Notes: generated by a model from the letters alone, not told the origin. DNA of 35,400 nucleotides from a virus (IMGVR_UViG_3300038318_000223:1-35400); one strand, 5' to 3'. Counted from the stretch's first letter, positions 22,783 to 33,199 are shown. Translations and numbers: made by a program.

Positions 22783-25033
22783 GCAGGCATATAGAGAAGG
22801 CTACACAACGTTATCCGCTCAAGGTTCAGCTCGATGCTTTGCAGAGGGAACTCTTGTGCGTATGTATGATGGCAGATTAAAGGCAGTTCAACTCATAGAG
22901 ATTGGGGATAAAGTAATGAATATACAGGGAGATGGGTATAATACTGTTATCTCTACACATAAAGGAAATAGCAAGCTGTATAAAGTTAAGCAGAAAAGAG
23001 GGGTTGATTATATTGTAAATGAAAATCATATACTTTCATTAAAGCAAACAAGGACACAGGGTCGAAAAATAGCTATTGAGGGCTACAAGAGTGCCGAAAA
23101 AAGGAAATGGGTATATGAGCCATTTGATAAAGAAAAAATACACGACTTCGATGTTAAGTATTTTACACAGCAAAGCGAAAAGTTTAGATTAAAATATACG
23201 GGATTTAAAAATACAATGTGCCATTTGCCAGAAAAGGAGACAATGATTGATCCTTATTATCTTGGAATGTGGCTTGGCGATGGGTGTTCGATAAGACCTC
23301 ATGAAATAACAAATATTGATAACGAAATTAAAGAATGGTTTTATGACTTTGCTAAAACACTCGATACATATGCCTATAAAGTTGATGCAGTTACTCACAG
23401 ATTTATGATTTGTGAAGAGGGTACTAAAAATAAATCTTTAAAAGGGAAAACAAGAGAATTTAGAGATAGTTTCAGAGACTATGATTTGATAAAAAATAAA
23501 CATATACCTGAAGACTACATATACAATTCATATGAAAATAGATTGAAGTTATTGGCAGGTTTAATAGATAGTGATTGGTGTAGCACAGGAAGAAAAACAA
23601 TATCTATTTCCCAAAAAAATAGAAGAATACTTGAGGGAGTTTTAGAAATATGCAGAATTAGCGGTTTTTACACGAATGGAATTATAGAGGTAAATGCCAA
23701 TATGAAAAGAGCCAACGGAACTTTATACAAAAGCAAGGCGTATTCCATTGAAATAAACCATTCTAACTTCAAAGACTTAAACAAATATATTAAAGTGCCA
23801 AGAAAACGAATAGAGGGCAAAGATTGCAATAGAAATTATTTCAGCACAACTATATCAATAGAAAATGCAGGAGTTGGAGATTACTTTGGCTTTGAGTTAG
23901 ACAATTCTCCATATTTCACGATAGAAGATGGCACGGTTTGTCATAATAGTTCAAAAACTTATAACATTGTTATTTGGATAATTACATTTTGTTTGCTTAA
24001 TCAAGGCACAAGAATATCTATCGTGCGTGGAACACTTCCGGCATTGAAAGGCTCCGTTTTGGTAGACTTCAAAGAAATAATGATGAACATGCTGTTGTGG
24101 GACAGCAAGCAATTTAATAAATCTGAGTTAGTTTATACATTTCCAAACGGCTCGTGGATTGAATTTTTCAGCACCGATAACGAACAAAAGCTAAGGGGCA
24201 GGAAGAGGGATATATTATTTGCAAACGAAGCTAACGAACTTACGGCCTTAGAATTTCAGCAATTAAAACTTAGGACAACAAAATTTTCGATAATTGACTA
24301 TAATCCCTCTTTTACGGATGAACATTGGATAAACAAACTCAACAAAGACCAACGAACAAAACACGTCTTATCTACTTATAAAGACAATCCTTTCCTTGAA
24401 CAGACCATTATAGATGAAATTGAAAGTTTGCGTACAAAGAATGACAGCCTTTGGAAGATTTATGGGTTAGGAATACAAGCAGCCATTGAAGGATTGATAT
24501 TTAAAAATATAGAGATTATTGATGAATATCCGTTTGTTAAGAATAACTTATACGGGATGGATTTCGGCTTCACAAATGACCCTTCGACTGCTGTAAAATT
24601 ATCAATTGACGGATCGAGAAAAAATGTTTATGTGGATGAAGTATTCTATCGAACTCACATGCTTACATCAGATATTATCAAAGAATTAAAAATAAACAAT
24701 ATCAATAGAATAATAAGTGAAAGTGCAGACCCGAGAATGATTCAAGAAATCAAAAATGCAGGTATAAACGCTATTCCTGTAGATAAATATCAAGGCTCTG
24801 TGAAAGCAGGAATCACAAAAATGCTTGAATATAGATTTTGTATCACAAGACGAAGTACAAATATAATCAAAGAATTTAGAAACTACACCTATCAGCAAGA
24901 TAAAGAAGGGAAATGGTTGAATTTGCCAATAGATGCCTTCAATCATGCTATTGATGCTATAAGATACATATTCCTTACCGAAATACTCGGCAAAGGAAAG
25001 AGAATAAAAGACTTAACCGGAATATTTTATTAA
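22745..25033 (+). CDS. terL: Terminase large subunit (PBSX-like) containing an intein
   Basis: Spliced Walker A QGSAR|SSKT, NEANE, DYNP, GMDFG..NDP, NHAIDAIRY. Confidence 0.95.
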   Translation: MEILTTKIYREVEQAYREGYTTLSAQGSARCFAEGTLVRMYDGRLKAVQLIEIGDKVMNIQGDGYNTVISTHKGNSKLYKVKQKRGVDYIVNENHILSLKQTRTQGRKIAIEGYKSAEKRKWVYEPFDKEKIHDFDVKYFTQQSEKFRLKYTGFKNTMCHLPEKETMIDPYYLGMWLGDGCSIRPHEITNIDNEIKEWFYDFAKTLDTYAYKVDAVTHRFMICEEGTKNKSLKGKTREFRDSFRDYDLIKNKHIPEDYIYNSYENRLKLLAGLIDSDWCSTGRKTISISQKNRRILEGVLEICRISGFYTNGIIEVNANMKRANGTLYKSKAYSIEINHSNFKDLNKYIKVPRKRIEGKDCNRNYFSTTISIENAGVGDYFGFELDNSPYFTIEDGTVCHNSSKTYNIVIWIITFCLLNQGTRISIVRGTLPALKGSVLVDFKEIMMNMLLWDSKQFNKSELVYTFPNGSWIEFFSTDNEQKLRGRKRDILFANEANELTALEFQQLKLRTTKFSIIDYNPSFTDEHWINKLNKDQRTKHVLSTYKDNPFLEQTIIDEIESLRTKNDSLWKIYGLGIQAAIEGLIFKNIEIIDEYPFVKNNLYGMDFGFTNDPSTAVKLSIDGSRKNVYVDEVFYRTHMLTSDIIKELKINNINRIISESADPRMIQEIKNAGINAIPVDKYQGSVKAGITKMLEYRFCITRRSTNIIKEFRNYTYQQDKEGKWLNLPIDAFNHAIDAIRYIFLTEILGKGKRIKDLTGIFY
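22835..23947 (+). mobile_element. Intein (371 aa) with LAGLIDADG homing-endonuclease domain
   Basis: Begins CFAEGTLV, block B NENH, ends VCHN followed by Ser; LGMWLGDG and LAGLIDSDW motifs. Confidence 0.93.
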
Positions 25034-25035
25034 CT

Positions 25036-26496
25036 ATGAATACAGAAGAATTAAAACTACTACTTACAAGCAATGATGTTACCGAATTGGTAGACAAAAT
25101 CAAAAAATCACGTCCTGATCCGTTGCCGGATATAACGACAATTAAAAATCAGCTCGAACCTAAGAATCATGATGTAATGGACGAGACTAAACGTCCGAAT
25201 AAAAAAGTAAAAGTCGATATGGATAGCGGAACGGAAACAGCAACTTATTCTGATGGCAGCGAAACGGCAGAAAAAGGTACCAAAATTGAGCAGGTTGCGA
25301 GAATAGCCATTGCGATTCAAAAACTCATCGTAAAAAGGGCTGTTTCGTTTTCTTTTGGTAATCCAATCAGCCTTAACTACGAACCGCTATCAGAAGCGGA
25401 AAAAACCGTATTAAACGGCATAAAAAAGATTCTTATTAAGAACAAAGAAACCTCTCTTAATAGAAAAATAGCAAGAGTGATGTACTCTACAACGGAAGTG
25501 GCAGAGTATTGGTACCCGATTGAAGACAAAAATACAAAAGCATTATACGGCTTTGATAGCAATTACAAGTTAAGAGCAGCAGTATTTTCAACACTGAAAG
25601 GTGATAAGCTATTTCCTACATTTGATGATTTTGGCGATATGATAGCCTTTTCACGTGAATTCACTAAAAAAGTGGATGATAAAGATATTATTTTTTTTGA
25701 GACTTATACAGATAGTCAGCATTTCATGTGGAATATAACCGACAAAAAGGCTGTAGAAGGATTTCCAAAGAAGATTGAACTCGGCAAGATACCTATTGTG
25801 TACGGCAAGCAGGAACAAACCGAATGGGAAGATGTTCAAAGTTTGATTGACAGATTAGAGAAATTACTATCTAATTTCGCAGACACGAACGACTATCATG
25901 CTTCACCTAAAATCTTTATCAAAGGTCAATTAGTGGGTTTCGGAAGAAAAGGCGAAGCAGGTTCAATTATCGAAGGAGATAGAGACAGCGATGCAAAATA
26001 TCTTTCATGGCAGCAGGCACCGGAAGCAGTAAAACTTGAGATTGAAACGTTGTTAAATCTTATCTATTCGCTTACCCAAACTCCTAATTTATCTTTTGAA
26101 TCTGTCAAAGGGTTAGGAAATATTTCAGGTCGTGCCTTAAAACTATTATTTCTTGATGCACACCTAAAAGTGCAGGAAAAGCAAGAAGTTTTATCTGAAT
26201 ATCTCACAAGAAGATTAAATCTCATTAAAGCATTCATCGGAATGTTTAATAGTGGATTAAAAGCGACTTGCGATTCAATGGATATAGAACCGGAAATCGT
26301 TCCATTTATGATTGATGATGAAGAAACAAAGGTTGATATATTAGTTGCAGCGACAGGTGGAAAACCAATACTTTCACAAAAAACTGCAGTCGGACAATTG
26401 AACTATACAAATGATTCCGAAAGGGAATATGAGCTTATCAAAGAGGAAGAACAAGGAATGAATGTATTAGAAACATTAGAACCTACAGTATTATGA
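25036..26496 (+). CDS. Portal protein (SPP1 gp6-like)
   Basis: 486 aa directly after terL; LGKIPIVY, LIDRLE...S..AD, ISG.ALK motifs. Confidence 0.9.
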   Translation: MNTEELKLLLTSNDVTELVDKIKKSRPDPLPDITTIKNQLEPKNHDVMDETKRPNKKVKVDMDSGTETATYSDGSETAEKGTKIEQVARIAIAIQKLIVKRAVSFSFGNPISLNYEPLSEAEKTVLNGIKKILIKNKETSLNRKIARVMYSTTEVAEYWYPIEDKNTKALYGFDSNYKLRAAVFSTLKGDKLFPTFDDFGDMIAFSREFTKKVDDKDIIFFETYTDSQHFMWNITDKKAVEGFPKKIELGKIPIVYGKQEQTEWEDVQSLIDRLEKLLSNFADTNDYHASPKIFIKGQLVGFGRKGEAGSIIEGDRDSDAKYLSWQQAPEAVKLEIETLLNLIYSLTQTPNLSFESVKGLGNISGRALKLLFLDAHLKVQEKQEVLSEYLTRRLNLIKAFIGMFNSGLKATCDSMDIEPEIVPFMIDDEETKVDILVAATGGKPILSQKTAVGQLNYTNDSEREYELIKEEEQGMNVLETLEPTVL

Positions 26497-26720
26497 AAGT
26501 ATATGAATGTGGAATAATGGTAATTATTAAAGTTAGCGGCATATCGGCTATGATAACGGGAGTAAATATTAAATTTGATAATGTTACTTATGAAGCTACT
26601 TATTATTATGATGGCGAACATAGAACAGTATGGTTAAAAGAACAAGAATTTACAACCGAAGAAATAAATAAAATCGGATATAAAACTATTAAAAATCAAA
26701 ACTATGGCAAAAAAAATTGA
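26493..26720 (+). CDS. Small hypothetical protein
   Basis: ATGA overlap with the portal stop. Confidence 0.6.
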   Translation: MKVYECGIMVIIKVSGISAMITGVNIKFDNVTYEATYYYDGEHRTVWLKEQEFTTEEINKIGYKTIKNQNYGKKN

Positions 26721-26886
26721 AACTAAAACAGAACATAAAGAAGTTAAAGAACTTAAAAAAGGAGTGCAATGTGTGCATTGTAAGAATAGTAATCATATGA
26801 TTGTAGAACGGAAAGTTTATTGTATTTTGAAGCAAAAATGGATGTCTGCATTCGCAGTTGATTGTTTTAAATATGTAAAATTATGA
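26704..26886 (+). CDS. Small Cys-rich hypothetical protein
   Basis: CVHC...YC...C pattern. Confidence 0.55.
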   Translation: MAKKIETKTEHKEVKELKKGVQCVHCKNSNHMIVERKVYCILKQKWMSAFAVDCFKYVKL

Positions 26887-27224
26887 AAAAGTTATTTATC
26901 TTATTATTATTTCTATCCAGTTGCACAAAAGACAAATCTTATTCATTTACAAGTACGGCTGAATCTGACTTTAAGTATGATGTTTGTTTGATTGAGTATA
27001 GCGAAACAGACGACGTTGTTAATAGTGTTATTATTAACGATGTAGTAAAGTATAAAAAGTATACATTTATAGCAGTTGAGAGAACAGAGAAAGTTAAGAT
27101 ACAATTAAAAGTATACCGTCCAGACGAGGATATTATTTGTTGGGTTAATAAAGTCTATTTCATAGAAGACGACAATAAAATAATCTTTACAAACGATAAT
27201 ACATTCAGTTATCAAGAGCCGTAA
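26883..27224 (+). CDS. Lipoprotein (moron-like)
   Basis: MKKLFILLLFLSSC: signal peptide II with lipobox, followed by charged KDK. Confidence 0.75.
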   Translation: MKKLFILLLFLSSCTKDKSYSFTSTAESDFKYDVCLIEYSETDDVVNSVIINDVVKYKKYTFIAVERTEKVKIQLKVYRPDEDIICWVNKVYFIEDDNKIIFTNDNTFSYQEP

Positions 27225-27330
27225 ATATACAGGGTGTCTTAATACCGTAAAATTTAAGACTTGGCATTGATAATCAAATGTTTATAAATTCATAAAGTGC
27301 TGAAAATCAATAAATGAAATTCAATAAGTT

Positions 27331-27774
27331 ATGTCTATAAAATGCACAACTGATATAAGCAAATTGTTTGCTAAGATTGATGCAAAAACGGAAGAAGCAA
27401 AAGCATCATATACGGAAGCTTTTGAAATGGCTTGTCGTGATATTGTCAACCTTGCGAAGAGAACAAATACCTACAAGGACAAAACAAACAACCTCCGCTC
27501 CTCTATTGGCTTTATTTTATACGATAGAGGTGAATTTGTTACAGAAAAATTTGATATGGCAGGTATAGGGGTTGAAGGTGATGGTTCAAAAGGCATTGTT
27601 GAAGGAAAACGAATTGCAGAAGAAGCAGCAAAAACTCATCCCGAAGCTTTAATAGGTGTTATCGTTGCAGGAATGGAATATGCTCTTTATGTTGAAGCAA
27701 AAGGTTATGATGTTCTGACAGGTTCATGCTTGCAAGCTAAAACAGTACTTGAGAAATATATCAAAGCATTATAA
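27331..27774 (+). CDS. HK97 gp10-like tail completion protein
   Basis: YKD.T.NLRSSIG and VAGMEYA.YVE motifs. Confidence 0.75.
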   Translation: MSIKCTTDISKLFAKIDAKTEEAKASYTEAFEMACRDIVNLAKRTNTYKDKTNNLRSSIGFILYDRGEFVTEKFDMAGIGVEGDGSKGIVEGKRIAEEAAKTHPEALIGVIVAGMEYALYVEAKGYDVLTGSCLQAKTVLEKYIKAL

Positions 27775-29462
27775 TGAACGAGAAGGAACTGCAAGTATAT
27801 ATTGAAAGAATAAATAAGAGATTAAAATATTACTACGGTGATGCTTATAAACGTATGCTTAACCTTCCGGAAGTACAAGCAGCAATTAAAAAAGGAACTG
27901 AAGATTTTAAGTTTTCCAATTATACAACTAAAAAGGTTGATAAGATAATTGCTGAATTAACACAAATCATCAATACTAATCTTCAAAAAGGAATTGCAAA
28001 CGCTTGGAATTATGGAATTGATAATACAACAAATCATTTAAGTAATGCTTTTGGCAGATTGAATGAAGATTATAAAACAGAGATTGATAAAACGGTTCTA
28101 CAAGCTACAAAGGATATAAGAAATAAAACAAAAGAATCGTATCGAATTGTAAACGAAAAGAAAGGTGGTTTGAATATTTCCGATAGGGTTTGGAATTACA
28201 ACGACCAAATTAAAAAAGAAATGGAAATTGCAATTCAGAATGGAATAAAACAAGGCAAATCAGCTGATGATATTGCAAGAGATATGCAAAAATATCTAAA
28301 TAATCCTGAATCGCTATTTCGTCGTGTAAGGGATAAAAACAGCGGTAATTTAAGTTTGAGCAAAGCAGCAAAGGAATACCATCCCGGACAGGGAGTGTAT
28401 CGAAGTGCCTACAAAAACGCTATGCGATTAATTACAACAGAAGTCAATGCAGCTTATCGAGAGGCGGAATGGCAAAGTTATCAAAACAATCCTCTTATCA
28501 AAGGATATGAAATAAGGCTTTCAAACAATCATACAATATTAAGAAACGGCAAAAGAGTGCCGTTTTATGACATTTGCGACGAATTGCAAGGCATTTATCC
28601 TAAGACGTTTAAATGGACTATGTGGCATCCCCAGTGTCGTTGCCGTATGATTCCTATCCTACTCACAGAAAAGGAATTCGCATCACGAGTAAAAGCACGC
28701 AAAGAGGGAACGCTCGATGAGTGGAAAGCAAAAGAAATTGAAGGGATGCCTGATAATTACAATAAATATATAAATGACAATAAAGAACGTTTCGATAAAT
28801 TAAAAAACAAACCAAGTTGGTTGTTAGATAAAACACAAGATATAGAAAATAAGATAAATCCTATATTTAAGGATGTTACAACAATATACGATAAAGAAAC
28901 ATTGTATAGAGGAGATATAAAAGATAAAGGAGAAGTATTTTCCGATACAGAAATATCGAGCGATTATATTGATAGAGGGCGTGTAAAAAATAAAGCAGGA
29001 TTTCATTGGTTTACTCGAGAAAAAAAATATGCTGAAATGTACGCAAAAGAACAAGTAAGTGAAAAAAGGGGAGAAATAAAATCAAACATTTTAACGACAG
29101 TAGAAACAAAAAAAATAAAGTTACTTGATTTTACAAAATTCTCATTAAAAGAAGAAATAGAATTTACAAAATCAATTATAAAATTTGGAATTACGGAAAA
29201 TATGTATAAAGAAGAATTGCTTTTCACGTATAAAGGAGATTATTCACAGGAATCATTAAATAAGCATTTTGGAAGTAAAATTAATGTTAGCGTTATGAAT
29301 TCCGGTCAAGTATATTCAGATTTTGAAAGAGGAGTAATGTTTAAGCAATGGCTGATTGATAATGGATTTGATGGTTATAGATTTAAAATGTTCGTATATG
29401 GAGATGAAATAGGAATAGTAAATAGTAAAATGTTTAGTGTAAAAAGTAGAAAAAAACTATGA
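27774..29462 (+). CDS. MuF/SPP1 gp7-like minor head protein with C-terminal ART-like extension
   Basis: RL..TE...AY, CD.L.G.YP, HPQCRC; the extension has LYRG...FT...YA..YA...GFDG...EI. Confidence 0.85.
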   Translation: MNEKELQVYIERINKRLKYYYGDAYKRMLNLPEVQAAIKKGTEDFKFSNYTTKKVDKIIAELTQIINTNLQKGIANAWNYGIDNTTNHLSNAFGRLNEDYKTEIDKTVLQATKDIRNKTKESYRIVNEKKGGLNISDRVWNYNDQIKKEMEIAIQNGIKQGKSADDIARDMQKYLNNPESLFRRVRDKNSGNLSLSKAAKEYHPGQGVYRSAYKNAMRLITTEVNAAYREAEWQSYQNNPLIKGYEIRLSNNHTILRNGKRVPFYDICDELQGIYPKTFKWTMWHPQCRCRMIPILLTEKEFASRVKARKEGTLDEWKAKEIEGMPDNYNKYINDNKERFDKLKNKPSWLLDKTQDIENKINPIFKDVTTIYDKETLYRGDIKDKGEVFSDTEISSDYIDRGRVKNKAGFHWFTREKKYAEMYAKEQVSEKRGEIKSNILTTVETKKIKLLDFTKFSLKEEIEFTKSIIKFGITENMYKEELLFTYKGDYSQESLNKHFGSKINVSVMNSGQVYSDFERGVMFKQWLIDNGFDGYRFKMFVYGDEIGIVNSKMFSVKSRKKL

Positions 29463-29547
29463 AACAAATTCCAACAAAACAAGAACAACGCAATAAAGAA
29501 TTTCAAAAAATAAAGAACTTTCATTTCAATAAAAAAATATAAAAACT

Positions 29548-30168
29548 ATGTATTACTCACAATTTCAAGAGGATAAATTTATAGTAGAATATTGTCAAAG
29601 ATACAATATTAACCTTATCCCTGTATGTGTCGAAATCGGTGCAAGTGATGGGAAAGATATTTCAAATATCAGGCATTTTTGCTTGAAGGGATGTAAAGGT
29701 ATTTATGTTGAGCCTATCCCGATAAGGTTTGAGCAATTGAAAAAAAATACTATCGGTCAAGATGTTATACTGTATAATAGTGCATGTATACCGGAAGGAG
29801 CGAATAAAGAGGTTAAATTCAAGATAGAATCATGCTTCGATTTTAGCCATATTTCCGAAGAAAATTATAATTTGATTGCACGAGGAATCTATTGGAGCGA
29901 AATCACGAAGGATATTACAGATGTAGGGGTACTTTCTATTGATGTAGAAGGCTATGAAACGCCTATTCTTAAAGATGTGTTGAAATCACGGATAAGGCCG
30001 CAATTCATCATTATTGAAAGCAACCTTACAACCGAGAGACACGCTCAAATGAAAATGCTTTTACGCTCTAACTACTATTTAATGAAAATGAAAAGCAAAA
30101 ATAATGTTTGGATGGATTCAAGAATATTCACTCAAGAACAAGATAATGCTATTTATAATACGTTATGA
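29548..30168 (+). CDS. FkbM-family methyltransferase
   Basis: YSQ..ED, VEIGA.DG...SN, G..VEP, LSIDVEG.E, IIIE. Confidence 0.88.
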   Translation: MYYSQFQEDKFIVEYCQRYNINLIPVCVEIGASDGKDISNIRHFCLKGCKGIYVEPIPIRFEQLKKNTIGQDVILYNSACIPEGANKEVKFKIESCFDFSHISEENYNLIARGIYWSEITKDITDVGVLSIDVEGYETPILKDVLKSRIRPQFIIIESNLTTERHAQMKMLLRSNYYLMKMKSKNNVWMDSRIFTQEQDNAIYNTL

Positions 30169-30461
30169 GAATAATATCAAAGAAGCAGCAACAAAAGAAT
30201 AATATCCTGGCAAAGATTAAAAGCAATCTTGAAAAGAAATGTTTTTTGTGTGGAAAGCCTGCTAATGACTTGGCTCATATCCTTCCGAAGTCATTATTTC
30301 CGGAATATTACACAGAAATAAGAAACTTGATAATACTTTGTAGGCAATGTCATGATAAATTTGATAATAATATCGATTTTAGACAACAAAAAAAAGAATT
30401 ATATAATATTGCTAAACAGATAAATAAACAAGCAGCAATGAAATATTTCAAAAAATATTAA
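30165..30461 (+). CDS. HNH endonuclease
   Basis: CFLCG...AHI.P...NL..LCRQCH. Confidence 0.85.
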   Translation: MRIISKKQQQKNNILAKIKSNLEKKCFLCGKPANDLAHILPKSLFPEYYTEIRNLIILCRQCHDKFDNNIDFRQQKKELYNIAKQINKQAAMKYFKKY

Positions 30462-30469
30462 AAAAAATG

Positions 30470-30499
30470 ATTTTTATATTATTATAATATATATATTTG
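30470..30499 (+). promoter_or_regulatory. Promoter of the capsid operon
   Basis: TATATTTG at 30492-30499, upstream of the scaffold gene. Confidence 0.6.
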
Positions 30500-30530
30500 C
30501 ATCGTAAATAACTACTAAAAAACAAAAATT

Positions 30531-31211
30531 ATGAAAGAGAAATTACTTGCATTACTGCAGACGAAGTTTGCAGGCGTGCGTAAAGACGGGCTAAATCAGT
30601 TAGCTACAATTATGGCGCTGACTGTAACGACCGATGAAGAAGCAACCTCAATTGTAGAAAAACTTACCGAGCAATCAGTCGGGCAGTTTGTTACAGATTG
30701 GCGAAAAGATGTTGATTCAGAAATCTCAAAAGCAAATAAAACTTACGAAGACGGGCTTAAAAAGAAGTACGACTTCAAAGAAAAAGGAATTCCGAACCCT
30801 CCTACTCATCCGAACCCTCCTACTCCTCAAACAGAATTAAACGCTGATGCTATCGCTGCAATTGTACAAAAAGCAATTGAACCTTTTGCATCGGAATTAA
30901 ATTCAATTAAAACTAATAAAGTGGTTGAAACAAGAAAACAGCTACTTACAAAGGAATTGGAAGTGTTGGACGAAGGATTTAGAACTCCTTACCTTAATGC
31001 TTTTGACAGAATGAATTTCAAAGATGATGAAGATTTTAATACTCATATTTCCAACGTCAAAACCGAAGTTGCTAAAATTCAACAATCTCTCATTGACAAA
31101 GGGCTTTCACAACAATCAAAACCCATGTTTGGAAGTGGTTCAGCAAAAACTGATGAAGATGTTTTCGTGCAAAATATGAAAGCAATCAACACAGTAGAAG
31201 AAAAAAAATAA
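30531..31211 (+). CDS. Capsid scaffolding protein
   Basis: Helical and charged with a Pro-rich linker (17-bp repeat TCCGAACCCTCCTACTC twice); position before the capsid genes. Confidence 0.7.
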   Translation: MKEKLLALLQTKFAGVRKDGLNQLATIMALTVTTDEEATSIVEKLTEQSVGQFVTDWRKDVDSEISKANKTYEDGLKKKYDFKEKGIPNPPTHPNPPTPQTELNADAIAAIVQKAIEPFASELNSIKTNKVVETRKQLLTKELEVLDEGFRTPYLNAFDRMNFKDDEDFNTHISNVKTEVAKIQQSLIDKGLSQQSKPMFGSGSAKTDEDVFVQNMKAINTVEEKK

Positions 31212-31234
31212 ATCAACCCTTTAATTATTAAAAA

Positions 31235-32068
31235 ATGCAACAGAAAATAACTGAACAAAGCGGGAACAGCTACACTCACATGTGGGATGTGGCAACCATG
31301 AAGCAGTTCGATGGTGGATTTCTTTTAGATAAAACTTGCTTACCTACAGGCACGGAAAAACTTCCGAAAGGTGCCTTGTTAAAAGCAAATTTCACAACGA
31401 GAAAAGCCGTTATGGTTAAAACTGCAATTCTGCAAGCTAATTTAGCCGCAGACGGAACAACCGTAAAAATCCTCAAAGGACATAATCTATTGGCAACTGA
31501 TATTATCGGTATTAACGGTAATTCAGTACTTGTCGGCACAATCACAACTTCAAATGCAGCTTATGATAGCTTTACTATTTTAGCAGGTGCTTTAGGTGGT
31601 GCATTGACAAAAGGAGCCGTATTACAGCAATATACTGATGATGGAGCAACAACTCCGGAAATAAAAAAATTAGCTATATTATATGAAGCTATTACAAGTG
31701 CTTCGGAAGCAATTAAAATAAACAAAGGTTCCGGTATTGCCGAAGGAGACACTATTGAGTACGGTGGTACTACATTAGTGCTTGGCGAAGTAACCGAAGG
31801 TGATGACTATGACAGCTTCGTAATTACTGCAAATAAGTTCGGAGCAATAAGTGCCGGTGCAGTTATGCAAGTATACACCGAAGGCTCAACAAATGCCGGT
31901 ATGCCTGTGAATCCTGACGGATTAAACCCCTTTGAAGTCTTAATTGACGATGAACCTACATGCTCTATCATGTTTCGTGCTGATGGAGTAGTTACAAGTC
32001 TTTTACCTCAAGGTGTAACAGCCGAGATAAAAGCAAGTTTACCTAATATTCAATTTTTAAACGAATAA
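31235..32068 (+). CDS. Head decoration/fiber protein with internal duplication
   Basis: Between scaffold and MCP; G/A/T-rich beta repeats, two copies of AIL...KG...YDSF.I.A...GAV.Q.YT. Confidence 0.65.
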   Translation: MQQKITEQSGNSYTHMWDVATMKQFDGGFLLDKTCLPTGTEKLPKGALLKANFTTRKAVMVKTAILQANLAADGTTVKILKGHNLLATDIIGINGNSVLVGTITTSNAAYDSFTILAGALGGALTKGAVLQQYTDDGATTPEIKKLAILYEAITSASEAIKINKGSGIAEGDTIEYGGTTLVLGEVTEGDDYDSFVITANKFGAISAGAVMQVYTEGSTNAGMPVNPDGLNPFEVLIDDEPTCSIMFRADGVVTSLLPQGVTAEIKASLPNIQFLNE

Positions 32069-32072
32069 CGCT

Positions 32073-33176
32073 ATGACTATATTAGAAACTATTCAAAATA
32101 AAAAAGCTTTCGATGCTTTCATTAACGAAAACATGAAAACCTCCACTTATAAAGTAGGTTGGGACAATGAAATGCCCGTTGAGTATGAAGCATCAAAGAC
32201 TTATCAGGCAATGACAGCTGATTATGCTGCTGCTATGTTGGGAACAGTAATTGACAAGAATGCCGGAAGACCAAAACGCAATATGCCTAATATTGGTGAT
32301 TTGATTGGTTCAATTGCTCGTATGGGTGATGAATGGCAAATTGATAATGACCGTCTTGAACGTTATTATTATATGGAAAATCGTTTCCGTTCTAAAATGA
32401 AAGACCTTACAGAAGAGCAACAAAAGGCTCAATTTAAGGCTATCATTAAGTATTTATTTGACCCTTATGAAAAAGCAGCTATCGCACCTCATAGACGTAT
32501 TTTAGCACAATACTGGGAAGGTTTATCCGATGGACAAATAACGTTAACAGTTACTAACAACAAAGGTGGCGTTGTATGGAGCGGAGGATTATCAACAGGT
32601 ATTTCAGTAAGCAAATTAGCATCCGGCTCGGTATTATGGGATACTTCAAAACTTGAAACAATGGACGTTCTTGGTACAATTCAATACCTTGAAAACATTG
32701 CCGATACAGCAGGAAAGACAGTTCAAAAATTCAGAGTGTCAAAAGCTACTGCATCCCTTATCTGTCAATCTAAACAGATGACAAATCTTATCGGCGTTAC
32801 GCTTGGAAAGATTAAAACAGCTACAACTCCTATCCTATCAATTGACCTTGTCAACGAATATCTAACAGGTATGAGCCATGCTCCTATTGAAGTTATTAAC
32901 GATAAAGGAATACTTCAAACAGGTTCAGCAATGTCAATGTTCAAAGATGGGCGTTTAGTTGCTCAATGTGCTGATAAAGTTGCTGTTTTAAAAGTATCAG
33001 ACCCACTTGAAACCGTTGACCCTGTTCCAAATAAGGTTTATACTTCGTACTTCGATAATTTAGTATCGCAGTGGAGAAACGAGCAAGGACGTTACGTTGC
33101 TTACGAAATGTTTGGATTTCCAGTATTCACAGGGAGAAAAGATGTTTTTATTCTTGATGTAACCCAAACTGACTAA
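32073..33176 (+). CDS. Major capsid protein (lambda gpE-like HK97 fold)
   Basis: 367 aa, synteny, C-terminal G.PV motif. Confidence 0.75.
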   Translation: MTILETIQNKKAFDAFINENMKTSTYKVGWDNEMPVEYEASKTYQAMTADYAAAMLGTVIDKNAGRPKRNMPNIGDLIGSIARMGDEWQIDNDRLERYYYMENRFRSKMKDLTEEQQKAQFKAIIKYLFDPYEKAAIAPHRRILAQYWEGLSDGQITLTVTNNKGGVVWSGGLSTGISVSKLASGSVLWDTSKLETMDVLGTIQYLENIADTAGKTVQKFRVSKATASLICQSKQMTNLIGVTLGKIKTATTPILSIDLVNEYLTGMSHAPIEVINDKGILQTGSAMSMFKDGRLVAQCADKVAVLKVSDPLETVDPVPNKVYTSYFDNLVSQWRNEQGRYVAYEMFGFPVFTGRKDVFILDVTQTD

Positions 33177-33199
33177 ACCCCTGAAAACTATTATTGACA

